Source: Gemmatimonadota bacterium (GTDB lineage: Bacteria; Gemmatimonadota; Gemmatimonadetes; Palauibacterales; Palauibacteraceae). Taken from it: a DNA stretch of 64,000 nt. Position 1 is the stretch's first letter, and each line of letters opens with the position of its first letter. The stretch spans positions 704,001-768,000 of the forward strand of contig OZ220691.1 in NCBI GenBank assembly GCA_965116475.1, read 5' to 3'. The notes under the pieces are model-generated. The model was not told where the DNA came from, did not search any database, and worked only from the letters and a program-made list of their open reading frames with translations. This document shows positions 53,687 to 63,823 of this stretch, piece by piece. The position numbers and the translations under genes are program-made.

Positions 53687-54588
53687 GCGACCCCCACCCG
53701 GGCGAGCTGCGCGGCGTCGAACCCCCACAGCTGGATCTCCGGCTCCAGCGCGACGCGGAGACGCGCCAGGGCGCGGCGGCGAGTTTCCGCCATGAGTCCG
53801 ATCACGTCGGCGGCGCGCGCACCGCCCAGGTTCACGATGAAATTCGCATGTCGCTCGTGGATCCAGGCGCCTCCGATCCGGGCCCCTCTCATTCCCACCC
53901 GGTCGACGATCTCCCAGGCCGGGGGATGCGGCGGACCGGGGTTCTTCCATGTCGATCCGACCGAGGGCAGGTCGTACACCTGGTCCCGGACCTTTCGCTC
54001 CCGGAAGCTCAGGTGCGCTTCGCGGACGGCGTCCGCCTCGGCCGGCGTCCCGGCCGGCGCCGCGTCGACGCGCGCGCGTACGAACACCCAGTCGGCCGGC
54101 ACGCTCACGTGGCGGTACGCGGGCCGCGCCTCCTCGGGCCGGACCCGCACGAGTTCGCCCTCCGGCGTCACGGCTTCCGCCCATTCGACGCGATCCCAGA
54201 GCCCCTCATCCCTCGACCCGGCGTTCATCCGCAGGCCTCCGCCGACGGTGCCGGGCACGGCCTCCAGGAAATGAAAGCCCGACCGTCCGTGGCGGCGCGC
54301 GGCCTGGGCAAGCGCGGGCAGACGGGCGCCGGCCCCGGCCTCGATCGCGGTCTCCCCGACGCGGACGGCCGCAAAATCTCCCTCCAGGACGAGGATGGGC
54401 TCCGCCACCCCGCCGTCCCCGATGAGGAGGTTCGCGCCGGTCCCCAGCACGCGGCAGCCCCGACCCGGCATCTCGCGCAGCGCGGCCTCCAGTTCCGCGA
54501 TCGACCGCGGGCGCGCGAGCCGGGCGGCCGGCCCGCCGATCCGGTAGCGGACCAGGGGCGCGAGCGGAACATCACGCTCCCACCGCAT
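53683..54588 (-). CDS. murB: UDP-N-acetylenolpyruvoylglucosamine reductase
   Basis: IGGPA, GTGANLL, PGTVGG.LRMNAG, GSTWKNP, HANFIVN. Confidence 0.95.
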   Translation of the reverse strand: MRWERDVPLAPLVRYRIGGPAARLARPRSIAELEAALREMPGRGCRVLGTGANLLIGDGGVAEPILVLEGDFAAVRVGETAIEAGAGARLPALAQAARRHGRSGFHFLEAVPGTVGGGLRMNAGSRDEGLWDRVEWAEAVTPEGELVRVRPEEARPAYRHVSVPADWVFVRARVDAAPAGTPAEADAVREAHLSFRERKVRDQVYDLPSVGSTWKNPGPPHPPAWEIVDRVGMRGARIGGAWIHERHANFIVNLGGARAADVIGLMAETRRRALARLRVALEPEIQLWGFDAAQLARVGVA

Positions 54589-56026
54589 CGCCCGCCCGCC
54601 GCTGGACCGCCGCGTGCGCGAGGTCGGTGACATCACCGGCGCCCATGAAGACCAGTACCGCCTCTCCGGCGCCGACTTCCGGCGGAACGAGGTCCAGTGC
54701 GCCCTCCCGGTCGATCGGCGCCGCGGTCGAGCCGGCCCCGCCGGTGATCAACTCCGAGGTCACGCCCGGGAGCGGCGCTTCGCGCGCGGGATAAACGGGA
54801 AGCACGCGCGCTTCGTCCGCGGTCGTCAGGGCGCGGGTGAACGCATCTGCAAAGTCGCGCGTCCGGGTGTACAGATGCGGCTGAAAGACCACCGTCAGCC
54901 GGGCGTCGGGGTACGCTCCCCGCACGGCGGCAAGCGACGCCGCCACCTCCGTCGGATGGTGCGCGTAGTCGTCGAAGACCGTGAGGTCGGGCCACGCCGC
55001 GATCATCTCGAGCCGGCGCGCCACGCCGCGGAACTCACCGAGCCCGCGCGCCGCCGCCTCCGGATCGCCGCCGAGCCGCACGGTGGCGAGGAAGGCCGCC
55101 GCGGCGTTGAGTTGGTTGTGGCGCCCCGGCACGCGGAGCCGGAGGTCGATCGTTCCGTCCGGCCAGGAGAGGCGCAGGGTGCGCCGGCCCGTCTCTTCGA
55201 GCCTGCAACGGGCCCCGTCCCCGAAGCCGTACCCGAGACCGTGCGCGAGACCGTGCTCGGAACCATGCCCGGAACCGTGCCCCGCGTCCGAGAATCCGCA
55301 CGCCTTCGCGAGCCCGCGGGCGCCTTCGTCGTCGTGGCAGTAGATGAGACCGTCGGCGTGCCGGGCCCGCTCCGCAAACTCCGCGAACGCGGCGCGGAGG
55401 CGCTGCCAGTTGCCATAGGTGTCGAGGTGTTCGGGTTCGAGCGAACTGATCACGGCGAGCGTCGGCTGGAGTTCGAGGAAGGAACGATCGAACTCGTCGG
55501 CCTCCACGATGGCGGGGCCATCGCCCAGGCGTGTAAACCCGTTCCATGCGTCGACCCGGCCACCGACGAGGACGAGGGGATCGAGCCCGGCCGCGGCCGC
55601 GGCGTGTCCGGTCATTGCGGTGATCGTCGTCTTCCCGTGCGTCCCGGCGATCCCGACGAGCCGCTGTCCGTTGAGGAGGGTGCCGAGCGCCCGGGCCCTG
55701 CGCATCACCGGGACGCCGGCGAGTTCCGCGCCGAGGACCTCCGGCTCGTCCGCCGGCACGGCCGAGCTTCGAACCAGCAGATCGACCCCGGACGTGTGGG
55801 CCGGGGCGTGCTCCCGCTCGACCCGGATCTCGTTCGCGGCAAGGTCGCCGAGGGCGTCCGCCGGGGCGCGGTCACACCCGCTCACGACGTATCCGGCGCG
55901 GTCGAGGAGGAGGGCGAGCCCGCGCATGCCGGCGCCGCCGATCCCCATCAGGTGGATGTGCCCCCCGGGCGCCGGGAGATCCGCGGTTCCCGCCGGGCGG
56001 GGCGCCCCCACCGCCGCCCCGGTCAC
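54572..56026 (-). CDS. murC: UDP-N-acetylmuramate--L-alanine ligase
   Basis: GIGGAGM, AGTHGKTT, EADEFDRSF, DDYAHHPTE, FQPHLYTRT. Confidence 0.96.
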   Translation of the reverse strand: MTGAAVGAPRPAGTADLPAPGGHIHLMGIGGAGMRGLALLLDRAGYVVSGCDRAPADALGDLAANEIRVEREHAPAHTSGVDLLVRSSAVPADEPEVLGAELAGVPVMRRARALGTLLNGQRLVGIAGTHGKTTITAMTGHAAAAAGLDPLVLVGGRVDAWNGFTRLGDGPAIVEADEFDRSFLELQPTLAVISSLEPEHLDTYGNWQRLRAAFAEFAERARHADGLIYCHDDEGARGLAKACGFSDAGHGSGHGSEHGLAHGLGYGFGDGARCRLEETGRRTLRLSWPDGTIDLRLRVPGRHNQLNAAAAFLATVRLGGDPEAAARGLGEFRGVARRLEMIAAWPDLTVFDDYAHHPTEVAASLAAVRGAYPDARLTVVFQPHLYTRTRDFADAFTRALTTADEARVLPVYPAREAPLPGVTSELITGGAGSTAAPIDREGALDLVPPEVGAGEAVLVFMGAGDVTDLAHAAVQRRAGDAVGA

Positions 56027-57174
56027 GCCGCGCCCCGGTGCAGCAGCGTGAGCATCTCGCGGGCGATGTCGAGCGCCGCATCGGGCCGGCCCCGGCTCGC
56101 GGCGGCCTCCGACATCCGGGCCAGGCGCCCGTCGTCGGTGAGGATGTCGCGGCAGAGCGACCACAACTCGCCCGCCTCGAGTCCTCCTTCTTCGCGAACC
56201 TCCGCGGCCCCGGCCTCCGCCAGCGCCCGCGCGTTCGTCAGTTGGTGCCCCCCGGCCGAGGTCGGGAGCGGCACGAGCACGGCGGGCCGGCCCGCGGCGC
56301 ACAACTCGGCCAGCGACATCGCGCCCGATCGGCACAGCGCCAGCGTCACCCCATCCAGTTGCCGTCCGAGGTCGTCGATGTAGGGCACGACGCGCACCCG
56401 GTCCGCGAACGGAAGCTCCGACGTGCGCGCCGAGAGTTCGGCCGCGTGGGCCGGTCCGGCGATCCACACGACGGAGACGCCGTCCGGCCAGGCCGCGGCA
56501 TCCCGGGCCGCCCATTCCAGATCTCGCAGAAAGGCGCGGTTGAGGCCGAGCGCGCCCTGGCTCCCGCCGAAGACGAGGAGGTTCCGGCCCCGCGGCCAAT
56601 CGAAGCGGGTCCGCGCCGGCCCGGCCGACCCGTTGGGGCCCGCCGCGTCGTCCGGCCCGGGGGCGACGGGGTTCCCCAGGGCGCTCAAGCGCGTGCGGCG
56701 CCCGATCCGGAGCCGGGCCTCCGCCTCCGGGTATCCGAGGTGGATCTGATCGACGCCCGGCGCGAACAGGCGCGTCACGAGCCCGGGAGCCGCGTTCTGT
56801 TCCTGAATCGCGGCGGGGACTCCGTGCAACCTGGCTCCCGCCAGCGCGGGCCCCGCCACGTATCCCCCCGTGCCCACGACGAACCGCGGATCAAAATCCC
56901 GGAACGCGCGCCGCACGCCGGCGATGACGGTCGGAGCCGACGCGAACAGCCGCCAGTTTCGCCATGGCCGATGCCGGTACAGCGGTTGCAGCGGCAGGAG
57001 CCGGAACTCGTACCCGGCGTCGGGCAGCACGCGAGCCTCCAACCCGCGCCGTCCGCCCAGGAACACGCACTCGACATCCGGGGCCAGCCGGCCGAAGGCC
57101 GCGGCCAGGTTCAGGGCGGGATACAGGTGGCCGCCCGTGCCGCCTCCCGCGATGAGAATCCGAGGCGACGCCAT
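56023..57174 (-). CDS. murG: Undecaprenyl-PP-MurNAc-pentapeptide GlcNAc transferase
   Basis: GGGTGGHLYP, EQNA.PG, GGSQGA, RSGA. Confidence 0.96.
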   Translation of the reverse strand: MASPRILIAGGGTGGHLYPALNLAAAFGRLAPDVECVFLGGRRGLEARVLPDAGYEFRLLPLQPLYRHRPWRNWRLFASAPTVIAGVRRAFRDFDPRFVVGTGGYVAGPALAGARLHGVPAAIQEQNAAPGLVTRLFAPGVDQIHLGYPEAEARLRIGRRTRLSALGNPVAPGPDDAAGPNGSAGPARTRFDWPRGRNLLVFGGSQGALGLNRAFLRDLEWAARDAAAWPDGVSVVWIAGPAHAAELSARTSELPFADRVRVVPYIDDLGRQLDGVTLALCRSGAMSLAELCAAGRPAVLVPLPTSAGGHQLTNARALAEAGAAEVREEGGLEAGELWSLCRDILTDDGRLARMSEAAASRGRPDAALDIAREMLTLLHRGAA

Positions 57175-57177
57175 GCG

Positions 57178-58332
57178 TCAACATCTCCGCCGCGAAGCCA
57201 CGTTGAGCAGGATGCCCGTGACGCCGAGCGCGATGACGAGCCCCGTGCCGCCGGAACTGATGAAGGGGAGGCTCACTCCCGTGGTGGGCAGGAGCCCCAT
57301 CGTGATCCCGATGTGTCCGAACGCCCCGATGGCGACGATCGCCGTGAGCCCGATCGCAATCAGGCGCCCGAACAGGTCCGGGGCGGACTTCGCGATCCGA
57401 AGTCCGAGGTGCGTCCACGCGAGGAAGAGGATGAGCATCGTCACCGCGCCCACGAACCCCCATTCCTCGGCAATAATCGGATAAATGAAATCGTTCTGCG
57501 CTTCCGGCAGGTAGTGGAGCTTCTGTGTGCTCTCACCGTAACCGGCGCCCAGGATCCCGCCCGAACCGATCGCGATCTGCGCCTGCTGCAACTGATAGCC
57601 CGCGCCGGACGTGTCCGCCTCCGGATTGAGAAACGCCAGGATCCGCGTGAGCTGGTAGCTGTTCGAGAGCACGAGCCACGCCACCCCCGCGCCGATGGGC
57701 AGCGCGAGGAGAAGGAAGTGCCGGATGCGCATTCCCGCCGCGAAGAGCACGGTGGCCGCCAGCGCGGCCGTGATCAGCGTCGCCGAGAGGTGCGGCTCCG
57801 CCACGATGAGGACGAGCAGCGGGCCGAGGACGAGGAGGAACGGGAGCACGCCGCTCCGGAAGCTGTCGAAGTCCCGCTGCTTGCGGACGGCGAGCGCGGC
57901 CGTCCAGAAGACGACCGCGACCTTGGCCAGTTCGGAGGGCTGGAAGGTCGCGGGCCCGAGCATCAGCCAGCGGCGGGACCCGTTCCGGACGGGCGCGATG
58001 TCCGTCGTGGCGGGGAGGATCATGACGACGAGCAGGGCCGCGACCACAAGGAGGATCGGCCACGCGAACCGCCGGTACCAGCGATAGTCGATGAAGGCGG
58101 CGACGATCAGCGCCACGAGACCGACGGCGGCGCGGGCCAGCTGGCTCATGAGCACGTGGTTCCCCGGCAGTCCGCTCTGCTGCGCCGCGAAGGAACTCGC
58201 CGAGTAGACCGAGAGAAGCCCGAACACGACGAGGACGAGGGTGATCCCGATGAGCGCATTCCGCACCCAGGCCGGCGAACCGGCGAACTCCTGAACGCGC
58301 GGGAGTTCCCGCGAAATTGCGTGGTCCGTCAC
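57178..58332 (-). CDS. ftsW: SEDS peptidoglycan glycosyltransferase FtsW
   Basis: NGSRRW, FQPSELAK, LPEAQNDFI, LPFISSGG. Confidence 0.95.
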   Translation of the reverse strand: MTDHAISRELPRVQEFAGSPAWVRNALIGITLVLVVFGLLSVYSASSFAAQQSGLPGNHVLMSQLARAAVGLVALIVAAFIDYRWYRRFAWPILLVVAALLVVMILPATTDIAPVRNGSRRWLMLGPATFQPSELAKVAVVFWTAALAVRKQRDFDSFRSGVLPFLLVLGPLLVLIVAEPHLSATLITAALAATVLFAAGMRIRHFLLLALPIGAGVAWLVLSNSYQLTRILAFLNPEADTSGAGYQLQQAQIAIGSGGILGAGYGESTQKLHYLPEAQNDFIYPIIAEEWGFVGAVTMLILFLAWTHLGLRIAKSAPDLFGRLIAIGLTAIVAIGAFGHIGITMGLLPTTGVSLPFISSGGTGLVIALGVTGILLNVASRRRC

Positions 58333-59738
58333 GTCGCCCGCTCCGAGGCCGCGCCTTCGTACGATTCGCGGACGCACCGCTCGAACGTCCGGCCCCGCTT
58401 CCGGTAATCGGGGAACATGTCGTAGCTGGAGCAGGCCGGGGAGAAGAGGACGACGTCACCGGGCCGCGCGGCCTCGCGAGCGAGACGCACGAGCTGCCGG
58501 AATCCGCCGGCGACCTCGACCGGCGCCACGTCGCCCAGTTCCCGGACGATCTGCGGCGCGGCCTCTCCGAACGCGACCAGGGCCCGCGCGTTCTCGCTCA
58601 GCGCCGGCGCGAGCGACCGGTAGGACTCGCCCTTGTGCCGGCCTCCGAGAAGCGCCACGAGCGGCCGGTCGAACGCGTTGAGGGCGACGCGCGTCGCGGA
58701 GACGTTCGTTCCCTTGGAATCGTTGATCCACAGGACGCCCTCGAACTCGCCCACCCTCTGGAGCCGATGGGGGAGCCCCTGGAATGACGCGAGCCCGGCT
58801 CCGATCGCCGCGGCCTCGCAACCGGCGAGCGCCGCCCCCAGACCCGCCAGGAGCGCGTTCATGACATTGTGCACGCCGACCAGCGGCAGGTCGGCGGCCG
58901 CGATCCACGGCTGCGGCGCCTCGCCGGCTTCGAGACGCTGGACCATGTGCCCGGCCTCGTCCAGCCATGCCCCCGGTTCCTCGTGGGGCTCGATCGAAGC
59001 GAGGTAGCGGCACCCGGCGGCCGGTTCCGCCATGGCGAGCACGGCCTCGTCATCGCCGTTCAGGACCCAGCGGCTGTCGTCATCGGCGTTCGCGAACAGC
59101 CGCGCCTTGTCCTCGTAGTAGCGCTCGATGCTCGAATACCAGTCGAGGTGGTCCGCGGCGAGGTTCACGAGTATGCCGACCTCGGGCCGGAACGCCTGGA
59201 GATCGGCGAGCTGAAAGGAACTCAGTTCGACCACGAGCCAGTCGGGCTGCCGCTTCATCAGCGGAATCTCGGAAAGCGGGCGGCCGATGTTCCCCGCGGT
59301 GAGCGCGTCCACGCCGGCCTGCTGCAGCAGGTGCCCGCAGAGCGCCGTCGTCGTCGTCTTGCCGTTCGTGCCCGTGATGCCGATGACCCGCGAGCGGAGG
59401 TGGCGATAGGCGATCTCGATTTCGGCCACGGTGGGCACGCCGGCGTCCGCCACGGTCCGCCGGATCTCCGCGTTCGGCGAGATTCCCGGACTCGTCACGA
59501 CGAGGTCGGCGTTCAGGATTCGCTCCACGTCGTGCCGTCCCACCTCCGCGTCGATGCCCTCGGCCGCGAGGGCCTTCACGGCCTCGCGCTGCCGGGGACC
59601 CTCGAACGCATCGCTCGCGTACACGTCCGCTCCGAGCGCGTGCAGGAGCCGCGCGGCGGCCGTCCCCGACACGCCGAGCCCAAGCACGGCCACGGGCTCG
59701 CCGGGTCTGAAGAGCGGAGGACGACGGTCGTCGGCCAT
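58329..59738 (-). CDS. murD: UDP-MurNAc-L-Ala--D-Glu ligase
   Basis: GLGVSG, TGTNGKTT, ELSSFQL, NDSKGTN, SPACSSYDMF. Confidence 0.96.
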   Translation of the reverse strand: MADDRRPPLFRPGEPVAVLGLGVSGTAAARLLHALGADVYASDAFEGPRQREAVKALAAEGIDAEVGRHDVERILNADLVVTSPGISPNAEIRRTVADAGVPTVAEIEIAYRHLRSRVIGITGTNGKTTTTALCGHLLQQAGVDALTAGNIGRPLSEIPLMKRQPDWLVVELSSFQLADLQAFRPEVGILVNLAADHLDWYSSIERYYEDKARLFANADDDSRWVLNGDDEAVLAMAEPAAGCRYLASIEPHEEPGAWLDEAGHMVQRLEAGEAPQPWIAAADLPLVGVHNVMNALLAGLGAALAGCEAAAIGAGLASFQGLPHRLQRVGEFEGVLWINDSKGTNVSATRVALNAFDRPLVALLGGRHKGESYRSLAPALSENARALVAFGEAAPQIVRELGDVAPVEVAGGFRQLVRLAREAARPGDVVLFSPACSSYDMFPDYRKRGRTFERCVRESYEGAASERAT

Positions 59739-60844
59739 CAGCGGATCTTGAGCGTCGCCAGGCCGATGAGCGCGCAGATGACGCCGACGATGTAGAAGCG
59801 CGTGACGACCTGCGTCTCGGGCCAGCCGAGTTTCTCGAAGTGGTGGTGGAGCGGGGCCATGCGGAGCAGGCGGCGGCCCTCGCCCCACCGCCGGCGGCTG
59901 AACTTGAACCATCCGGTCTGCAGGATCACGGACAATCCTTCGAGGACGAACACGCCCCCGACGATGACGAGGAGGAATTCCGACTTCAGGAGCACGGCGA
60001 CGGCGCCGATCGCGCCTCCGAGCGCCAGGGACCCGGTGTCACCCATGAAAACCTGCGCGGGATGGGCGTTGAACCAGAGGAAGCCGATCGCCGCCCCGGC
60101 CAGCGCGGCACAGAACACCGACAGTTCCCCGGCTCCGTTGAGGTACAGGACGCCGAGATAGGCCGACGTGTCCACCCGGCCGATCGCGTAGGCGAAGGCG
60201 CCGAAGGTGAGGGCGGCGATCGCGGCGAGCCCCGTGGCCAGCCCGTCGAGACCATCCGTCAGGTTCACCGTGTTCGCGCTTCCGGCCACGACGATGGCGA
60301 CGAACAGCGGGAAGATCGCCGGCGCGAGGACGACGGTCAGGTCCTTGAAGAACGGGAGCATCGTCTGCGTCGCCCCGTAGGCGGACAGGGGCTGCCAGAG
60401 GAGGAAGCCGCCGAGCGCCAGGCCGAGGACGAACTGCCAGATGAGCTTGTACCGCGCGATCAGGCCGCGCGAGTGCCGCCGCACGATCTTCAGATAGTCG
60501 TCCATGAAGCCGATCGCGCCCATCCAGGCCGTGACGACGACCGCCACCCACACGTAGGTGTTGTCCAGGCGGGCCCAGAGGAGGGTGGGCAGGAGACAGG
60601 CGGCGAGGATGATGATGCCGCCCATGGTCGGGGTCCCCGACTTCTCGAGGTGCGTGGCCGGCCCCTCGCCCCGCACGACCTGGCCGATGCCGTGCTTCCT
60701 TAGTCTGCGGATCACCCCCGGTCCGATGATGAACGCGGTCAGGAGGGCCGTCACCATGGCGCCGGCCGCGCGGAACGAGATGTACTGGAACACGTTGAAC
60801 AGGATATGCTGGTCCGCGAGCGGGAAGAGGAAGCGGTAGAGCAT
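59738..60844 (-). CDS. mraY: Phospho-N-acetylmuramoyl-pentapeptide transferase
   Basis: KSGTPTMGG, NLTDGLDGLA, FMGDTG, MAPLHHHFE. Confidence 0.98.
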   Translation of the reverse strand: MLYRFLFPLADQHILFNVFQYISFRAAGAMVTALLTAFIIGPGVIRRLRKHGIGQVVRGEGPATHLEKSGTPTMGGIIILAACLLPTLLWARLDNTYVWVAVVVTAWMGAIGFMDDYLKIVRRHSRGLIARYKLIWQFVLGLALGGFLLWQPLSAYGATQTMLPFFKDLTVVLAPAIFPLFVAIVVAGSANTVNLTDGLDGLATGLAAIAALTFGAFAYAIGRVDTSAYLGVLYLNGAGELSVFCAALAGAAIGFLWFNAHPAQVFMGDTGSLALGGAIGAVAVLLKSEFLLVIVGGVFVLEGLSVILQTGWFKFSRRRWGEGRRLLRMAPLHHHFEKLGWPETQVVTRFYIVGVICALIGLATLKIR

Positions 60845-62268
60845 CAGGCGTTCTCTCCGAAACGGGCTTCCAGTTCGTCGATGACCCGCTCGAGCCGGAC
60901 GCCGCGCGACCCCTTTACGAGCACGACCTCATCTCCCGCCAGGGCGTCCGCGAACGGGCGCACGGCCGCTTCGGGATCCTCCGCCCGGATCAGGGCGGGA
61001 CCGCGCAGGCCGTCGAACGGCGCGTCGCAGAAAAGGCCCGTGGCGGCGATGACATCGAACCCCGCGGCCCGTATCTCGTCGCCGATCTCCCGGTGCGCCG
61101 CCGCCTCCTGCGAACCGAGTTCGAGCATCGAGCCCGCGAAGACGGCGCGGCGCCGCCCGGGCAGCAGCCCGCGCGTCTGGGCGATCGCCGCGCGGAACGA
61201 ATCCGGGTTGGCGTTATAGCAGTCGGCCAGCACCGTCAGGCGCCCGATCCGGCGCAGCGCGCCGCGCAGGCCCAGGGGTTCGTAGCGCGACAGCCCCCGG
61301 GCGGCCGCGTCGGACGGCACCTCCAGCGATGCCGCCAGCGCCGCCGCGATCAGCGCGTCCCGCAGGTGATGCTCGCCGCCCACGCCCAGGGCGACACGCA
61401 TGCCGCCGCGGCGGAACTCGATCCGGTCCGCTTCGACCGTGTACGCCTCGGGTGCGAAGTCGGCCCCCGGTCCGAAGCCGGCCACGGTCGCGTCGGGCCG
61501 GTGGGCCCGGGCAGCCTCCGCGAGGAGGGCGGGTTCCTCTCCCACAATGAGCGCGCCGCGGCCCGTGGCGCCGTGCGCGAGCGCCATCTTCTCCCGCAGC
61601 ACGCCATTCACGTCGCCGAAGCACTCGAGGTGCGCGGAGCCGACGGTCGTGATCACGACGTGGTCCGGGCGGGCGATCTCCGCCAAGCGGGCGATCTCCC
61701 CGGGCTCGCTCGCGCCCACTTCCAGCACCCAGGCGTCCGCATCCGGAGGAGCGCGCAGGATCGTGAGCGGGAGCCCCACCTGGCTGTTGTAGTTCCCTTC
61801 GGTGCGGTATACGCGGCGTGATTCGGAGAGGGCGCAGGCAATCATCTCCTTCACCGTCGTCTTGCCCGAACTGCCCGTGATCGCCACGACCGTGGCGCCG
61901 GACTCGCGCCGCGCCCGGGCCGCGAGATCGCCGAGCGCCCTCAGCGGATCGGCGACCGTAAAGTACTCGATCCCCAGTGCCGGGTCTTCGCGTCCCGCGC
62001 GCACGATCGCGCCCGGCGCGCCCCGGGCCGCCGCCTGGGGGAGGAAGTCGGCTGCATCGTGCCGAGCCCCGGCGAGCGCCACGAACAGCTCGCCGGGCTT
62101 CAGCGTCCTCGAATCGCACGAGACGCCCGTGTACGCGCCCGCTTCGAAGCCGCCGGCGCCCCCGGCACCCCCGGCACCCCCGGCGCCCCCTGCGCCCCCG
62201 GTGTCGAGGCCGAGGGCCGCCCGAATCCAGTCCGAGCGCAACGCCGGCGCCTGCGTGGCCGCCGTCAC
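60844..62268 (-). CDS. murF: UDP-MurNAc-tripeptide--D-Ala-D-Ala ligase
   Basis: ITGSSGKTTVKE, DCYNANP, MLELG, LVKGSRG. Confidence 0.95.
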   Translation of the reverse strand: MTAATQAPALRSDWIRAALGLDTGGAGGAGGAGGAGGAGGFEAGAYTGVSCDSRTLKPGELFVALAGARHDAADFLPQAAARGAPGAIVRAGREDPALGIEYFTVADPLRALGDLAARARRESGATVVAITGSSGKTTVKEMIACALSESRRVYRTEGNYNSQVGLPLTILRAPPDADAWVLEVGASEPGEIARLAEIARPDHVVITTVGSAHLECFGDVNGVLREKMALAHGATGRGALIVGEEPALLAEAARAHRPDATVAGFGPGADFAPEAYTVEADRIEFRRGGMRVALGVGGEHHLRDALIAAALAASLEVPSDAAARGLSRYEPLGLRGALRRIGRLTVLADCYNANPDSFRAAIAQTRGLLPGRRRAVFAGSMLELGSQEAAAHREIGDEIRAAGFDVIAATGLFCDAPFDGLRGPALIRAEDPEAAVRPFADALAGDEVVLVKGSRGVRLERVIDELEARFGENA

Positions 62269-63761
62269 GCCGCCCCTCCGCGGAGCCCGGACGCGCCGGG
62301 AAGCGCCGGGAGGAGGTCCTCCACGATCCGGCGTTCGTCGAAAGGCAGCCGCTTCTCGCCGATGACCTGGTACGTCTCGTGGCCCTTGCCGAGGAGCGCG
62401 ACCGCGTCGGCCGGCCCCGCCTCGGCGAGCCCGCGCGCGATCGCCGCCCGTCGGTCGACGACGATCTCGTAGCTGTCCGGCTGGAGCCCGGCGACCATCT
62501 GACGGCAGATCTCCGACGGGTCTTCCGACCGGGGATTGTCGCTCGTGACGATGGCGACATCCGCCAGGCGGGTCAGGATGCTCCCCATCTGCGCCCGTTT
62601 GCCCGGGTCCCGGTCGCCGCCGCAGCCCAGGAGGGCGATGACCCGGCCCGGCACGATCGCCCGCAATGAGGACAGCGCCCGCTCGCACGAATCCGGGTTG
62701 TGCGCGAAATCGCGGATCACGAGCACCGGCTCCCGCGAGAGCACTTCCATGCGCCCGGGCACGGGAGGCGCCGCCGAGAGTCGCGCGGCGATCCGTTCGA
62801 GCGGCATGCCGAGGCCCCACGCGATGGCGGCGGCCGCGAGGGCGTTCCGCACGTTGAAATCGGCGGGAAGCGGAAGCGACACGGCGGCGGCTTCACCGGG
62901 CGCGCGCAGCGTGAAGCGCGCCCCCCCGGGGTGGAGGGCGAGCCGATCCGGCCACACGTCGGCCGTCGACTCGAAACCATAGCGGAGCGTGGTGGCGTTC
63001 GGCGGCGCGATCCCCTTCCAGGCAGGTTCGTCGTCGTTCACCGCGCAGACCCCACCCGGCGCAAGCAGATCGAGCAGGCGCAGCTTGGCTTCCCGATACG
63101 CCTTGAGATCGGGGTGATACTCGAGGTGTTCGCGACTGAAACTCGTGAACGCCACGCCGTCGAACGAGCAACCATCGGCCCGGCGCTGGTCGAGCGCGTG
63201 CGAGGAAACCTCGAGCACCGCCGCCTCGGCGCCCTCCGTCCGCAGAGCGGCCAGTTCGAGGGCCAGATCGATCGGATCGGGCGTCGTCAGCCCCGGGTCC
63301 CCGATCTCGCCGTCGATGGATACGGTGCCCAGGGTGCCCAGCGCCGCGGCGGGTCCCACATCGTCCAGGATCCAGCGCGTGAGCCACGCGGTGGTCGACT
63401 TCCCGTTGGTTCCGGTGATGCCGATGAGACGGAGCGCGTCGCCGGGGTCGCCGGCGAAGAGGGCGGCGAGATGGGAGACGGCCGCCCGGGCGTCGCGGAC
63501 GGCGAGTTGCGGCAGGTCGACATCGGCGGCGCGCTCGACGACGGCGGCGCCGGCCCCGGCACGGTGCGCGGCTTCGACGAACGCGTGGCCGTCAACGCGC
63601 GTCCCCGGGATCGCGCAGAAGAGGTCGCCGGCGCCGACCCGGCGGGAGTCCGAACGCAACGCGGGGAACGCCGCGGGAGGCACCCCTCTCCACCGCGGCT
63701 CGAGGCCCGCTTCGTCAAGCCTGCGCTCGACCTGTCGATTCGTCGTTGTCTGCTGCGGCAA
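62265..63761 (-). CDS. murE: UDP-MurNAc-dipeptide--meso-DAP ligase
   Basis: TGTNGKST, LTTPD, EVSSHAL, DFAHNPD, DNPR (DAP-type), GKGHETYQ; start uncertain (TTG 63761). Confidence 0.95.
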   Translation of the reverse strand: MPQQTTTNRQVERRLDEAGLEPRWRGVPPAAFPALRSDSRRVGAGDLFCAIPGTRVDGHAFVEAAHRAGAGAAVVERAADVDLPQLAVRDARAAVSHLAALFAGDPGDALRLIGITGTNGKSTTAWLTRWILDDVGPAAALGTLGTVSIDGEIGDPGLTTPDPIDLALELAALRTEGAEAAVLEVSSHALDQRRADGCSFDGVAFTSFSREHLEYHPDLKAYREAKLRLLDLLAPGGVCAVNDDEPAWKGIAPPNATTLRYGFESTADVWPDRLALHPGGARFTLRAPGEAAAVSLPLPADFNVRNALAAAAIAWGLGMPLERIAARLSAAPPVPGRMEVLSREPVLVIRDFAHNPDSCERALSSLRAIVPGRVIALLGCGGDRDPGKRAQMGSILTRLADVAIVTSDNPRSEDPSEICRQMVAGLQPDSYEIVVDRRAAIARGLAEAGPADAVALLGKGHETYQVIGEKRLPFDERRIVEDLLPALPGASGLRGGAA

Positions 63762-63823
63762 AGTCCGGTGGTTAACCTCCCTCCAATCTTGTATTCCCGA
63801 GACCCGCCCCGGTTCACGCGAGG

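Noticed and set aside
52922-54588. No ddl gene between murB and ftsQ
   Set aside because: ddl lies outside the dcw cluster in many lineages, so its absence from this window is uninformative.
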